Shown: piece after piece, positions 24,791 to 37,850 of the stretch
Position numbering within the stretch: position 1 is the first letter of the stretch
How the letters are laid out: each line of letters starts with the position of its first letter
Assembly (NCBI RefSeq): GCF_009834535.1
Contig: NC_045697.1
Location: forward strand, 48,734,001 to 48,798,000
Length of the DNA: 64,000 nucleotides
From: Camelus ferus
Taxonomy: Eukaryota
Reading direction: 5' to 3'
Notes under the pieces: model-generated
Told to the model about the DNA's origin: nothing
Seen by the model: only the letters and a program-made list of their open reading frames with translations
The model's database searches: none
Translations under genes and position numbers: made by a program

Positions 24791-27700
24791 GGGGCTATAC
24801 AGTTAGTAATTGATCAAATGAAGCATGAATGAAGCAAGGTAAAAAGTTCACAGCTTTAAAAAAAAAAAAAAGAAAGAAAGGAAGGAAGAAAAAAAGCTCA
24901 CATTACCAGGAAACTAGCCATCGTTTTTCTCCGTGTATCCTTTTTCAGTATAAATCAACCGGACAGATTCAGGTTGTTGATGATCAGCTAAATGCTGTTG
25001 AAACCTCCCTTCCCAGTCCTTTTGTTTCCAGGAGCATCATCTCTAGATGAAGGACAGGTGATCATTTCAGTGGTTATGAACTGTGGTCCTTCAGGAGATT
25101 TTGGAACCAGCTTTGCAGACTTTAGGGTCTTGGGCAATGTACACGTTAGCATTTGTTTTGCATTATGATAGGACGGGGTGCCTATTTAATACTCTTAAGG
25201 AAGGTATGGTGCTATTTTCAGTTTAATCTTTCTTTAAAGGCTCTTCCAGACTGTTTCAATGGAGGGAAGATTTTTTTTTCCCGTAGAGAGCACCCTTCTT
25301 AATTGCTTTCACATGTCACTGCCAGAGATTAAAATAACAGGTTTGAAATTGGCTTTTATTACTTCTCATTCAAGCAGAATCGCTGTTAAAATGTCATGTT
25401 CTCTATTTCAGGCAATAAATACACATATAGACACAAAAAAGAGAATGCCTAATGAAGTAGGAACCAGAAGGCTTCTCATAGAGTTAATAGTATTTGCCTT
25501 TACTCTTTGTGATATCCTGGAAGAATGCAGAAACATTAGGGGCTACAGCAACCACTAAATAAAGCTCTTTACTGATACCGTTATGGACAGGATCCCCCCT
25601 CCCCAAGGTATTCCCCACCTGAGAACTGTATTTTGTTTTCAATATGGTATCACAAGCATGTACAAATACACACACACAATCAGTGGGGTACCCACACACA
25701 CTAGTTGTTGGAAGCAGGGAGGCTAAAGTTGCCTGTCCTGTGTCCTAATGTCTTGTGGGAAATCTGGTTTTGGGTGGAAGCTGGAGATTTTCCAGAACTT
25801 AAATTTTAAAGACGTGGTCAGTCCTTGCAGTTTAGAAAGCACATTGCCACTGCCACCATGATTAGGAAATAAGTATTAGTTGAGGACACATCCAGGAGCT
25901 CTGGAGGAAGAAGAGATAAGACCTCCCTGCTGCTTTGTCTTGTTTTCTAAGTCCTCAGAGTCGGGTGAAATCTCTTAATGGTGGACCAGATCCCTCTATT
26001 CCTGTGTGAAACATCACTTTAAATTGATGATTAAGAACAGACTTTGGATCCAAATTTTACCTCCCACACAGCCTGAATCATACCTGTGAAATCCATCACT
26101 ATGACGGGAGGTCCCTGGGCTTCCATTGCATCACAGATTCTGGAAGAATACTTTTTACTTGTATCTGTAATTTACAGGCATTGTCAGATATTTGTAGATG
26201 AAAGGAAAACAAACTGTCTCATGGGATCAAAGGCAAGGCTGGAAACAAAGAACTCTCCACAGCAAGACAAAATTATGCTACCATCTCCCTGCATCTCTCT
26301 GAGCTAGGGGGCAAGTTCCCTCCCCTGGTGCCTCAGTTCTCCTTCTGCAAAATGGTTCATCCCTTCCTCATAGAGTATAAATGAGAAATGTCTGTGAAAT
26401 AGTTCCATGTATCAAGTGTATGTAGGGATAAATGCCAAGGTGGTTTCTGTCAAGTCATTCTGCCCTTTAGTTCCTATATCAAGCTTACTCTCAGAAACAG
26501 CATATCATACTGGAACCCAAAGCCTTTTATTTTTTTCAAACGAAAACAGATATAGGGATCAAGAGATGATGCCTTAAAAAATGCTAAGATATCTTATTTG
26601 GAGGTAACAAATAGGAAAAGTATACAGCCTGATCTTAGAGAAAGGGTGTGCATGGTCAGGCAACAACCTCCTGTTTGCATACTTTTTCTTTTGTTTAAAG
26701 TCATGATTCTTTTTAAAAACGTCTTTCTTGGGATATAATTCATTTACCATAAAATTTACACTTGGAAAGAGGCACACTTTTTTCCAATACCCCTTTTCGC
26801 AAGACTTTTATGATGCTGGAGCAGGTGGTGGGAGGAAAAGACCAGAGGGCCTGGGATGAATCCCTGACAGCGTGGGGGACCACAGAACCCACCTACACAG
26901 AGACATGCCAGACAGAGGTGTGGAAGCTGCACCCAGGCAGTGATGGGGGAGGGGTCATGAGTCAGGAGCAGGGGTGGGGACAGGCCCGGCACTGTATGCA
27001 CTCACCGGCCAAATCCTTTTCCTCTCTCCTTTCTTAAATATTTCAACCTACTAACCCAAAATTCAGTTCGAGTTCAATACCCAGAAATATTTAAAATCAT
27101 GTAATATTAGACTATGCTAACTGAGGATCTAGCATAATGCAGAATGTTCTGCTTCATACTATATATACATTTAGTAGCTTGTTTTTCCACTACAATTGTC
27201 AGGTCTTATTACTAAGGAGAAACCTGCAAGAATGAATATCTTTTTCAAACAAAAGCTTCAGAAATTTAGGATTACTTCCAAATATCTCTAAATTCCAGCT
27301 TCAGCAATTATTATTTGAATTATTTAATTTTAACCAGTCTAATATATTTAAAGAATTATATCTTCAAAGAAATTACATATAGAAATCATGCATGTGATTT
27401 TCTTCAGAATTTATTCTTTCACAAATTTCTTTTCTATATTTTATGGTAGTAAATTTTGTAATATACATTGTACTTTATTAAATTTCACTTAGAAATAGTC
27501 TACCATTACTTTCATACTTCAGAATATGAAACTAAATTTCCCTTGGAAATAGTTAACCATTACTTCTTACCAATACCATTTGGCATTCTTTCCATTATTC
27601 CAAATAAACAAAGTTTTAATGTGAAAAGCATAACTATTTGAAACATAAGAGTCTTTGCTAAAGAATAACAACAACACAGCAACACAACATCTGGCTCCTG

Positions 27701-28869
27701 CCACAGCTACACAGGAAATTCCCTGGTTCATCTGGACTCTTGGATGTTGATGCCTTAGGAAACCAATGCCAATATCTGTTGAATATTGAAAATTATTTCT
27801 AAGGACTGTTCAATGGTCAGTCTAAACACAACCAAGAAAGAATACATGGGTTGTTTGCTTCAGAGAGAAAATAGGAAGAATATATGGTGTGCTCCCTTCT
27901 CCAATGGGGATTTGGGTTTAGTGCGAACATTTTTAAACTTCTAATGTGATACTCACTTTGACAAATATTTTAATTTTTTGAACCACTCACAGCAAAATGT
28001 GAAAAACAAATGAATAACTATCCTGATGAATAAAATGTTAAAATGGACATTTAAAGTAAGGAAATGCATTTAAGACTGCTCCAAACCTGGGCAATAGTTT
28101 ATTTCATGAAGTGGTGATGGTTAGCATGAAAGGGGAAAACCCCATTATCTCTTTCAGCTTCTCAGAGTTAGTTACTCCTGATCACAGTCCTTTCCCCCAA
28201 ACAGCCCCGTGAGCCCCCAAGTCCTCTACGCGGACACCTTCCTCACCCTCTCTCCTTATTTAAGGCATCTGCTGCTGCCTGCAGCTGATTCGTATTGACA
28301 AAGACACCTGTGTTTCCTGTTGCTCTTTGTAGCCTCAGGACCAGGGCTCCAAGGAAAGGCCTTTATGCAACCTGGCTTTTACCTAGAAAGCTCCTTAGGA
28401 TCTTGCAGAGGTCAGAACCCAAGGAATGGAGAGGGGAGGACTAGGTAGGCAAAAGTTCACTCACTATTTGTGGCACCACAAATGGAGATTGGTACAGCAC
28501 TCTGTGGCAGCGCACATGGGTGGCTTTGTGGATCCTGCATCAAACCTGCACAGGTCTAAATAGAAGCAAAAAGGAAAACGAGAACAACAGCAGAACTAGC
28601 AGAATAAGGCTCGAAGGGGTGGCTGCCGATGGTGAAGGGAGTCAGCAAGTTTTTGTCCTTATTGAAACAAAGACCATTTTCAATGTTATGGGGATCACTG
28701 ATTAAGTAACAGCAGCCTCAAGTCATTTAGGAGACAAGGATTGACAGCCCTCTCTTTGGAAAGTCTTGGTTGAAAGACTAGAACTGTATCCTGGAGATTG
28801 GAAGCAACCTAAGTGTTCATAAAGAAAGTGGTTAAATTAATTCTGAAGCACATCGTGCAGCATTTGAAA

Positions 28870-28965
28870 GTAAGAGTTCTTTATATATTCTGGATACAAG
28901 TCTCTTATCAGATATGTGATTTATAAGTATTTTCTCCCATTCTGTGGGTTGTCTTTTCAGTTTCT
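28870..28965 (-). mobile_element. Short L1 ORF2-region fragment
   Basis: AGTTCTTTATATATTCTGGATACAAGTCTCTTATCAGATATGTGATTT...TTCTCCCATTCTGTGGGTTGTCTTTTC. Confidence 0.8.
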
Positions 28966-29113
28966 TTTTTTTTTTTTTAATTTTGTGTGGGAGGAGGTAA
29001 TTAGGTTTATTGATTAATTGATTTTATTATTTTTTTAATGGAGGTACTAGAGATTGAACCCAGGACCTCGTGCATGCTAAGCGTGTGCTCTACCACTGAG
29101 CTATGTCCTCCCC
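28966..29113 (-). mobile_element. tRNA-derived camelid SINE (Vic-1-like)
   Basis: Reverse strand reads GGGGAGGACATAGCTCAGTGGTAGAGCAC...GGTCCTGGGTTCAATCTCTAGTACCTCC (A and B boxes), then AAACCTAATTACCTCC and poly(A). Confidence 0.9.
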
Positions 29114-30005
29114 TGCAATAAGGGCAGAAGAGAGAACAGAAAAAGAAACATCCAACTCCTAAAAACATGAAGATGTGATTGAACATGTTTGTGAAACACA
29201 CAATGAAGAATATTCACTAGGCTGTTAACTGAAGTTACTTGGGAGATGTGGGATGGGGGAAATGTTAACTTTCTCATTTTACTTCTTTTGCGTTGTACAA
29301 GACCAAGTAATGAAAATGAAAACTATAAAACTGATTGTAGATAGACAATTATGAAGAAGGACAAGAAGGTTCAGCAAACCCGCCTTTGACTGGAACTTGG
29401 GCATGCCTAAAACGTTTACCCTTCACCTAGATGCATGGTCTAATAAATATGATATTTGTTATCAGAGGGGTTTATGTAATGTGAAATAACAAGAGCTTTC
29501 AGAGGAAAATTTCATAAAAAGGTGTGAAATTCCAGAAGTTATCAGATTTATATACCACCAGCATCCCAGATGGCCATGTCTAGAAAGTAAAGAAAAATCC
29601 ACTGGGACTGCATTGGCTGTGATAACTGTCCACAGTTCTGGTCACTGCTCATTTATGCATGTGGTCCCCACTTGTTATTGCTGTGTCACTGATGCCATTA
29701 CACCTTTTCTTAGACACCTTTTCCAAGGAATTAATTTTTATGCCTAGAATAATCTGACAGTATAAGGTAAGGAGAATTCAGTTCTGGATGTGATTTAGTT
29801 AATACCATTAAGTTTTCAACTTCCCTTATATTTTAGTTGACAGAATATCATTCAGGAAGTTTCAGAAGAGCTTAGATAAGGGAATTATCCCATTCACCCT
29901 TTCCCCTCCTCCTTTCTCCTTCTCTCTCCTTGACCCATTTCAATTCAAGTACTACTTAATGAGCACCTGTACAGGGTTGTGGCTATCAGGATAGATGAGG
30001 TCTTC

Positions 30006-30095
30006 GGGGGAGGGGTTGGCTCAGTTGGTAGCGTGCGTGCCTAGCATACACAAGGTCCTGGGTTCAACCCCCAGCACCTCCATCAAAGAAGAAGA
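30006..30095 (+). mobile_element. tRNA-derived SINE, short form with GAA tail
   Basis: GGCTCAGTTGGTAG A box and GGTTCAACCC B box. Degenerate TSD AGGATAGATGAGGTCT / AGGATGGATGAAGCCC. Lies inside an L2 fragment. Confidence 0.85.
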
Positions 30096-31289
30096 AGGAT
30101 GGATGAAGCCCTAGCACTGACTTCAAGGAGCTCAGTTTAAGTGGGAAACTCAGATATCTAAAGAAATTATTTCCATAACATAAGGATAGTTAGGTGTGGT
30201 GGCCAAGAGCTTGCCAGCAGTGTGCAGAGTTAATTGATCTCACTAAGCCTCAGTTTTTCCTCTATAAAATAATAATTACACCTCCCACAGGTTTTTGCAA
30301 AGATTATATGAACTAATCATTGAGCGTTTGTGTCTGTTGGGCATGACTAAAACTGAGATATTAATGGTTCTCATTCCCACCACTGAGTTTCTTCATAGTC
30401 CTGTCTTTCCTCCCAGTTGGCGTCATTCATTAACCAAGGAAGGGATGACTTAGCAGAACTCACATAACAAAAAAATCCAGGTTTAAGATTTGAAAGACAA
30501 CTCAGGGCCAGTTTTTCTCCAGTAGACATTACAGCTTTCTCAGACAAACAAAGGGTAAGGTGAGTCAGAAGGGAACTGAAGGGGAATCAGAAGCGGGAGC
30601 AACTCTGAGGCTTTTATGGGAAGCTCCACATAGGTGTAGGGATTTGAGAGCAGAAAGTATGTGGGTCCTGACTTCAAGCAAGAGTCTGGAGAACTGGCTC
30701 GGTCCCAGAGAGGCTGGGAACTCAGCACAGAGTAGGAGTTAAAGAAATGTCTGTGTGGTGCACCCAGGTGGGAGAGAGATGCTTTCACCAATCCTCCTCA
30801 CCCAGAGTGGTCTAGGAGAGACAGAATGTTTCTGGTGAAGTCAAGAGGGCATAGATGCCTGCTGGATCTGAGGAGGCTGCAGACACCACCATCTCAGCTT
30901 GGATGGTGACCAGACACGTCTGATACCAGTATGGGGAGATGGTGACATAGAGACCAAAGTTGCAACTTTACCTGACTTCCCAGCAACACACACACACCCC
31001 TGGACTCTGCATGAGCTGCTCACAATGCAGCTGCAACCCTAGGAACTGGAGGAGACTCTGAATGGGCTGATATTAAGTTTGTCTCCTTGCTGAATGAGGT
31101 CTCAAAACAGAAATTATAGTCCACTATTTTTAAAAAGAAACTGATACATTTCTCAGATCATTGTGTTTGCAGCTCCAGATGTGAAGCCACCAACCATGCA
31201 AAATGCTCAGCACTGTGCCTAGAACATGAGAGCTCAAATATGGTAGCTATTTTCACTTCGATTAACAGATCTATGAGCTGGCAGCAAAT

Positions 31290-31670
31290 AGAGGAGAGGA
31301 CTTTCATGTCAGGGAAGGGTATAGAGAAGATGTTTTAGAGAGATCCTGAAGGATGTGCATGAGCTGACTGGGGTAGGAGGAGGGGAAATAAAGGTCAGGG
31401 CAGAAAGTTTGAAGGTCCCAAAGTATCAAAAAGCACAGGCCAACTGGGGAACAGGAAGTGACACGGCCAAGGGATGGGCAGGTGGCAAACAACACAGTCA
31501 GAGAGTTAGATGATGGAAGGGAGCCTTTTGGGTCATCTTCAGGATTTAGACTTTATCTGGTAGGCAATGAGAAATCACTAAAAGTTTTACACCAGTGTCA
31601 TGATCGAATATGCACCTTCGAGAAATCACGCTGGTGGCAGGTGGAGGATGAAGTGAACAGGAGGAGGTGG
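31290..31670 (-). mobile_element. L2 fragment
   Basis: GGATTTAGACTTTATCTGGTAGGCAATGAGAAATCACTAAAAGTTTT...GAGAAATCACGCTGG. Confidence 0.7.
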
Positions 31671-31730
31671 GCTCGCTGATTGCGACCATCATGCCTTTGT
31701 CACTAAGGTGAAATCCCACTGCTGTGGGGC

Positions 31731-31975
31731 CAGCATTGCACCAGAGTTAAGAGTGCAGCCTCTGGGGTGGAACACTTAGATTTGAATCCTGGCTGCAGCA
31801 CCTACTGTGTGACCTCAGGCTGGTCATTACCAGCTCCACTGAAGCAGCTTCCTCATCTGTAAAATGAGAGCTAAAAATTGGACCTGCGTCATAGGGTTGG
31901 AGGAGTTTTAGATGTAATACTTCACATGACGCACTTAGAACGTAAAATGCTTATTCAATGTTGGTGCTCATTAAT
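31731..31975 (+). mobile_element. Near full-length MIR
   Basis: GTTAAGAGTGCAGCCTCTGG...TTTGAATCCTGGCT...TTCCTCATCTGTAAAATG. Confidence 0.85.
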
Positions 31976-34416
31976 TAGGCTGCCCTTAAAATCATGATTA
32001 ACGTTGTATGGAGGAGAATAATGATTATGTTGGAGAACTATGGTAAAAGTCTTCAAACTCATGGTATTCATTTCAATTTTGGTCACCAAACAAAATTTCA
32101 GAGAAGAAAACCCACTTTGCAAATTCACGTGTAACAAGTCCAGGTCAAGCACAATTCAAACAACAAAATCTCACTAGCTTAAAAGTGACTGTAGTTGTTT
32201 GTGCTGGAGAAAGGGTTTTTCCTTTTCAACCCTGAAGCTCTGAACAGGGTTGATGTAAACTACTAACAGCGCAACCTTCCGGAAGGAGGCGAAGTGTGCT
32301 TGCTGCATGAAGGGCATTAGACTCTTGGAAAAAAGACACGTGATCTAAGTGACAATGAGTACTGACAGCCCAGAATCCTGACAGGTAAGACTCTAGAAGT
32401 GACAGGTCCTTAAGAGCATGGGTTCAGCTGGAGTGCATTCAAATACTGGTGTGTCCTTGACACCGGGGAGAACGTACACAGGGAAAGTGGGGAGGCGGCG
32501 TGCACCAGGGCGTGCAGGGCTGAGCCCACCAGCATCCTCAACCTAACCTGTGCCTGGAAGACGTGTGAACATTATTTTCTGTCAAGGGGGGGTGAATGTC
32601 TTAATTGATGGTGTCCAAGGAGCGTAAGTACTGAGGACTGAAGTTGTTTCTGGGACATAATTGAAACTGTAAGCTGGAAAACTTTTTTTCTTCCCAGAAA
32701 AATATTCCTAAGTTCCTGAAGATACAGATGAAGATAAATAAGGACGGGAGCGGGGAGGTGTGACGAGGGGGAAGCAAAACCAATTTAGGGCCGGAATTCA
32801 GTACAGTTTCTGTCATTGGCTTGCAGCTTGTATTTTGGGAATACAGGAACTGCTTCCTTGTCTGAGAGCCCGCCTGGGGACTGGGTGGGGAGAAGGAGTC
32901 ACTGAGACAGTGCAGGAGATGAGAGATGGAAAGGGAGAAAGACTGGGCAGAGTAGACGTGGGATGAAAACACCTGCACGCCTGGACAGCAGTAGGTGGTG
33001 GGTTTTACGGCTGAGTAGAGGTATCTGAATCTAATCACATGTAATATCTAAGGAGAAAGCAGAACTGGAAATGGAGGCAGGTAACACTGCTATGAAATGT
33101 CATACAAACTGAACAAATGGTCCATAGAAATTTATCTCAGTGACTAAAACCATCATGTTATTCCACTGCTTACAAACCTATGACTTATTTATTGTAAAGA
33201 ACCACTTCCTTGACCAAGAGAATTCATCAGACGCCAACGATGAATTCTTCATACGGATACAAAACATCAACAAAACCAAAATTAGTTCTTTTTTGAAATT
33301 GCTCATTGATTTGGCACTTCTGGTTTTTCCATTAGATCAGAACCTTAGGCCTTTCAAAAAGGACACCTTATTAGTGTTACTCATACCATCAAGACATCTA
33401 TTCTACTGACTAGGTTTTCTCCCTAAGATTGTGTTATATGAAGTCTTACATACACATAAATATTTTAAATACTTAAATGATATCAACATTGACATACACT
33501 GCTTTAAGAACAATCCAAAGTGCTACAGAAGTGTAACGTCAAGGGATAAAAACAGGAAAAGTTGCTAGGGTAAAAACCAAGTGGAATTTCTGAAATGTAG
33601 ATGACTCGCTTTGACGATTTTCTGCCACTGAGGTTTAGACAACAAGTAATTTAATGTTTACATATTTTTCTAAAGGAGTTCAATCCTATTTGGTGCTTCA
33701 GGTTTAAAAAAATCACCTTCATTTGTAAACTTATTTTTGAAAATAAAATTTTCCACTAGCTAGTTGGCAGCTTCCTTGGTCTGGAAGTATTAGCGTCTCT
33801 GGCTCGTAAAAGAAAAACAGAGAAATTAAATGTAGCTCTTGTTTACTTTTTTGGCAGTCTCACTCTAACTATTTGACTTACAGAAGCCAATTTGCCTCTA
33901 CTTTTTTTTAAAAAAAACCCACAAACAATGCGCTTAAAAAAAGCTTCTAGCCACCAAGCACCATGATAATAGGTCATTTTCTAGGATCTTTTTCATCTGC
34001 CTCAAGTCAAACAGGTTCATTTTATACTTTCACATGTAGATTCCAGCAAGAGGAAAATTTTTCTTGACTTTCCGGCTTATTTGCTTTTAAGCACAAGTTT
34101 CTCCCAGGAGGTGTTCAGGAAGCTATTCTACTCCAAGCCGGATGTCAGTGTTATTCCACATACTTTAGTGCCTTTGCCTGGGAACCAGAAGATAAGATGG
34201 GAGAGAGAATTTCTTTTTAAAGTTCTTGTAATCAGCACCTTTGGGAGGTGTCCAAAGTGTGGTTGTATTGGCCAAAGGCAATAAGATAGCAGGGTCCTGG
34301 GCAGATTGTGGCAGGCTGTTGGCCACCATTTCTCGGTGGTAGACCAGAAAGAGCTGAGCTGTAGCCTCTCAGTCACAGTAACAGCCACCAATTATTTTGT
34401 ATCCACTATTAATTTT

Positions 34417-34897
34417 TCTTAATATAATTCTTATTTTTAATTGAAGTGTAGTCAATTTACAATGTTAGTTTCATGTGTAAGCAAAGTGATTCAGTTATTC
34501 ATATACATACTTTTCAGATTCTTTTCCATTATAGCTCATTGCAAGAAATTGAATATAGTTCCCTGTGCTACGCAGTAGGTCCTTGTTGTTTATCTGTTTT
34601 ATATACAGTAATGTGTATCTATTAATCCCGAACTCCTAATCTATCCCTCCCCCCTTCTCCCCCCTGGTAACCATAGTTTGTTTTCTATGTCCATGAGTCT
34701 ATTTCTGGTTTGTAAATAAAAATTGTATCTTTTTTTAGAGTCCACATATAAGTGCCATCATGTGATCTTTGTCATTCTCTAACTTACTTCACTTAATATG
34801 ATAATCTCTAGGCCCATCCATGTTGCTGCAAATGGCATTATTTCATTCTTTTTAATGGATGAGTAATATTCCATTATATATAGAGAGAGACACACAC

Positions 34898-34944
<47 letters not shown>

Positions 34945-35203
34945 GCCACACCTTCTTCATCCAGTCATCTGTCAATGGACATTTAGGTTGTTTCTACATC
35001 TTGGCTATTGTAAGTAGTGCTACTATGAACACTGGGGTGCAGGTGTCTTTTTGAATTATACTTTTATCCAGATGTATATCCAGGAGTAGGATTGCTGGAT
35101 CATATGATAGTTCTATTTTTAGTTTTTTGAGGAACCTCCATACCATTCTCCATAGTGTCTGCACCAAACTACATTCCCACCAACAGTGTAGGAGGGTTCC
35201 TTG
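34417..35203 (-). mobile_element. Lineage-specific L1 3' fragment (ORF2 C-terminal end plus 3'UTR)
   Basis: Translates to L1 ORF2-like [54 protein letters not shown] (34402-34416) / TCCACTACTAGTTTT (35204-35218). Confidence 0.92.
34876..34944. repeat. Compound microsatellite TA/GA/CA/(TG)15/(TA)6
   Basis: Read directly; (TG)15 at 34903-34932. Confidence 0.95.
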
Positions 35204-37689
35204 TCCACTACTAGTTTTACACATGCCTCAGGATTCATATACCTTATTTCTAATTTTTACAGTAATACCTCAAGGTAGCCTTGTTACTAGTCCCATTTTA
35301 CCGAAGAGAAAATGAAGCTCAGATTTTATGTAACTTGCCAAAGCCAACAGTGGAGAAGGGGCAGAAGGAAGAATCCAAGAGGCCTGTCTGACTCCAAAGC
35401 CCAGGACTTGTTCTCGCACCATCCTAGATGAGCAGGAGAACATGGCAGGTTAAACCACTTTAATAAGAAGATGAGGTTTTGCTGTCTCCTAGGGGGTGAA
35501 GGAAAGTGGACACATCCATTCTCTGTAGACAAAGACCTTATTGCCATTCAGAGCACCCAGAAAAAGAAAGCTACTGAAAACAACTTTTTGCCTCATAGGT
35601 CTAGTGGAGGAAGAGCAAAGCCCCAGATCTCTCCAGAATGATCTTCTTTTTCCTCAGTAAATGAAATTACTATATTTTTCCCTTAAAAATTGTGCTTTTT
35701 CCCTAAATGAAGAGCACTTTAACTTTGCCTGATTCCATCCGTACCTGACTTGGCTGTAAGGGACAGAGTTTTTCTAACTACATTTAATGAGTCCAATAAT
35801 TACCATTTTGCAAGCATTAATGGTTTCCCTCCTTAACCAAGAGGATACCAATTTATTCACCAAATGTGCCTTGGCACGTTATTCATATTTTCCTTTGTCT
35901 GGGTTGAGCTTCCTTCCTCAACCCCAGTTTCTACTAAGGAAATTCTAGACAACCTCCCAGGACCTGCAAAATGTATTCCTTTCTCAATGCAACTTCTCTC
36001 TGATCCTTAACTAAAAGCAATTTCTCCCTCCTCTGAATGTTCAAAAGTACATCATTCAATCGTCTGGTAACCCTTACCACATTTTCCCTTGAATAGAGCT
36101 ATTGGTGCCATTAAAACAAAAAATTTCCCATCCTAGACTAGGTGTTTCAGGATCAGGGGTTATGCCTTATGCCTCCTTTATCTCTGATGCCCAAGGTGCC
36201 CAGCACATGTTAGTACTGGGTGAATTAATGTTTCCAGACCATTAAACCCATGCTCGTCAGCTAATTTTTCCGAGTCCAGGTCGTTTTTGTCCCCCTTTGT
36301 TGATGTAAGTCCTATTCTTTCAAGACCTCTCCAACCACTCTGACCACCCCCAGAATAGATGAACTAAGTTTCTAGTGCTTATATGCGGCTTTTGAAGCAC
36401 TGTTTGTTTTATTGTGCGTGTGCCCTGTGTTTCCTGTATTACATCTACTCCTGGGGCTAATGTCCATCTGGATGATGCTATTATTCTTGCTATTAACAAC
36501 AGTGTTCATTTAACGAACACTGTGTCCCAGGCACTCTACTGAGTGCTTCATTTACCTTATCTTCTCCCTTACAGAACTTTAGGGCCCCCAACTTCTTCCC
36601 TCAGCCTGTATCAGCCCTCAGCCTTCTCTACTGTAATATATTTCAGGGTTCTGATAACCAGAAGGTAAGATTCTAGAAGGCAGGGAACACATCTCTCCTA
36701 CTCATGTATCTATTGCAGTGTATGGTAGAGAACAGATCCTCAGTAAATGTTCCATCAGAGTTTTGCAACTACACTGAGTTCACAGAACAAGTAGTGCTTT
36801 AAAACTTGTTTCCAGAAATACCAATGGAAATTTCATATTACTAATTATCAAGTGAGAACCCGTCCCCTATCGGTATTGGAACTGCCCGAGTAAGAATTCT
36901 GCTGTTTAAAAAAAAAAAATCCAGCATGAGATGCCCACTCTTCATTAAATGGATGTGTTTTAAGCAAAAGAGTGAAAGCCTGTGCTAAGCATTTTGACTT
37001 CAAGCTTCCCTTCTGCTCCCTGCCTGCACCCCGCCTTGCTTATCTCTAGTCCATATTCATATTTGTGTCTAAAGAGAGGACTGGTCTCCTCTTCATGAGC
37101 CGGAATGAAAAGATCTGATGGGAACTTAAAAGCTCCCTCACAGGAAACTGTCTGAGTCCGTGATTTACATCCCTGGTTTTCTTATTAACTAAGTGCCAGG
37201 CTTCAGAAAACTGGAGCCAACCCAAGTGGGGACCCTGGCAGCTGGTGTGAAATGTGAGACCAAAGACCAGCCAGTCACAGTTGCTGGAGAGTGGGAGGAA
37301 CAGAGAGGCTACGTGGGCAGGAGGGAGGAAATGGCTTCTGGAAATTTACGTGTGCTCCTGGTAAGGAGGATGGTTCTATGTGATCAGAGGACAACTCACC
37401 CTCGATCCCCACGATAGGGGGAGAGTCAGAGAGGCCAGTCCGCTGAGGGCTCCAGGAGGGTTTGTTTCCTCCTTCATTTACATTAGAATGGGTAGGAGAG
37501 AGGAAAAGATACGTCACCTAGAGAAATGCAAGCAACTGATCACTGTTCACAGAAAACAGGTATCTTTTCCATTACAGAAGAAACATTTTAAAGTTTTGAC
37601 TTCCTGACATATGAGGTAAAGAGGACATCCTATAGAATCAGAAGAGTCCATATTTTTAATTCCAATTTTAAAACAACAGTAAAGAGGAA

Positions 37690-37850
37690 CGATAGGAAGT
37701 TGTCATTTAATGAGTATAGAGTTTCAGTTTTGCAAAAAGTTCTGGAGATCTGTTGTAGAACAATGTGAATATACTTAACGCTACTGAACTGTACACTTTA
37801 TAATAGTTAAGATGGCAAATTTTATGTTATGTGTTTTTTACTACAATTCT
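37690..37850 (+). mobile_element. L1MA/MB-like 3' terminal fragment
   Basis: TTTAATGAGTATAGAGTTTCAGTTTTGC...CTACTGAACTGTACACTT...GTTAAGATGGCAAATTTTATGTTATG. Confidence 0.85.

Noticed and set aside
29040..30085. tRNA genes
   Set aside because: The tRNA-like sequences have SINE tails or TSDs and diverge from one another, so they are retroposed copies.
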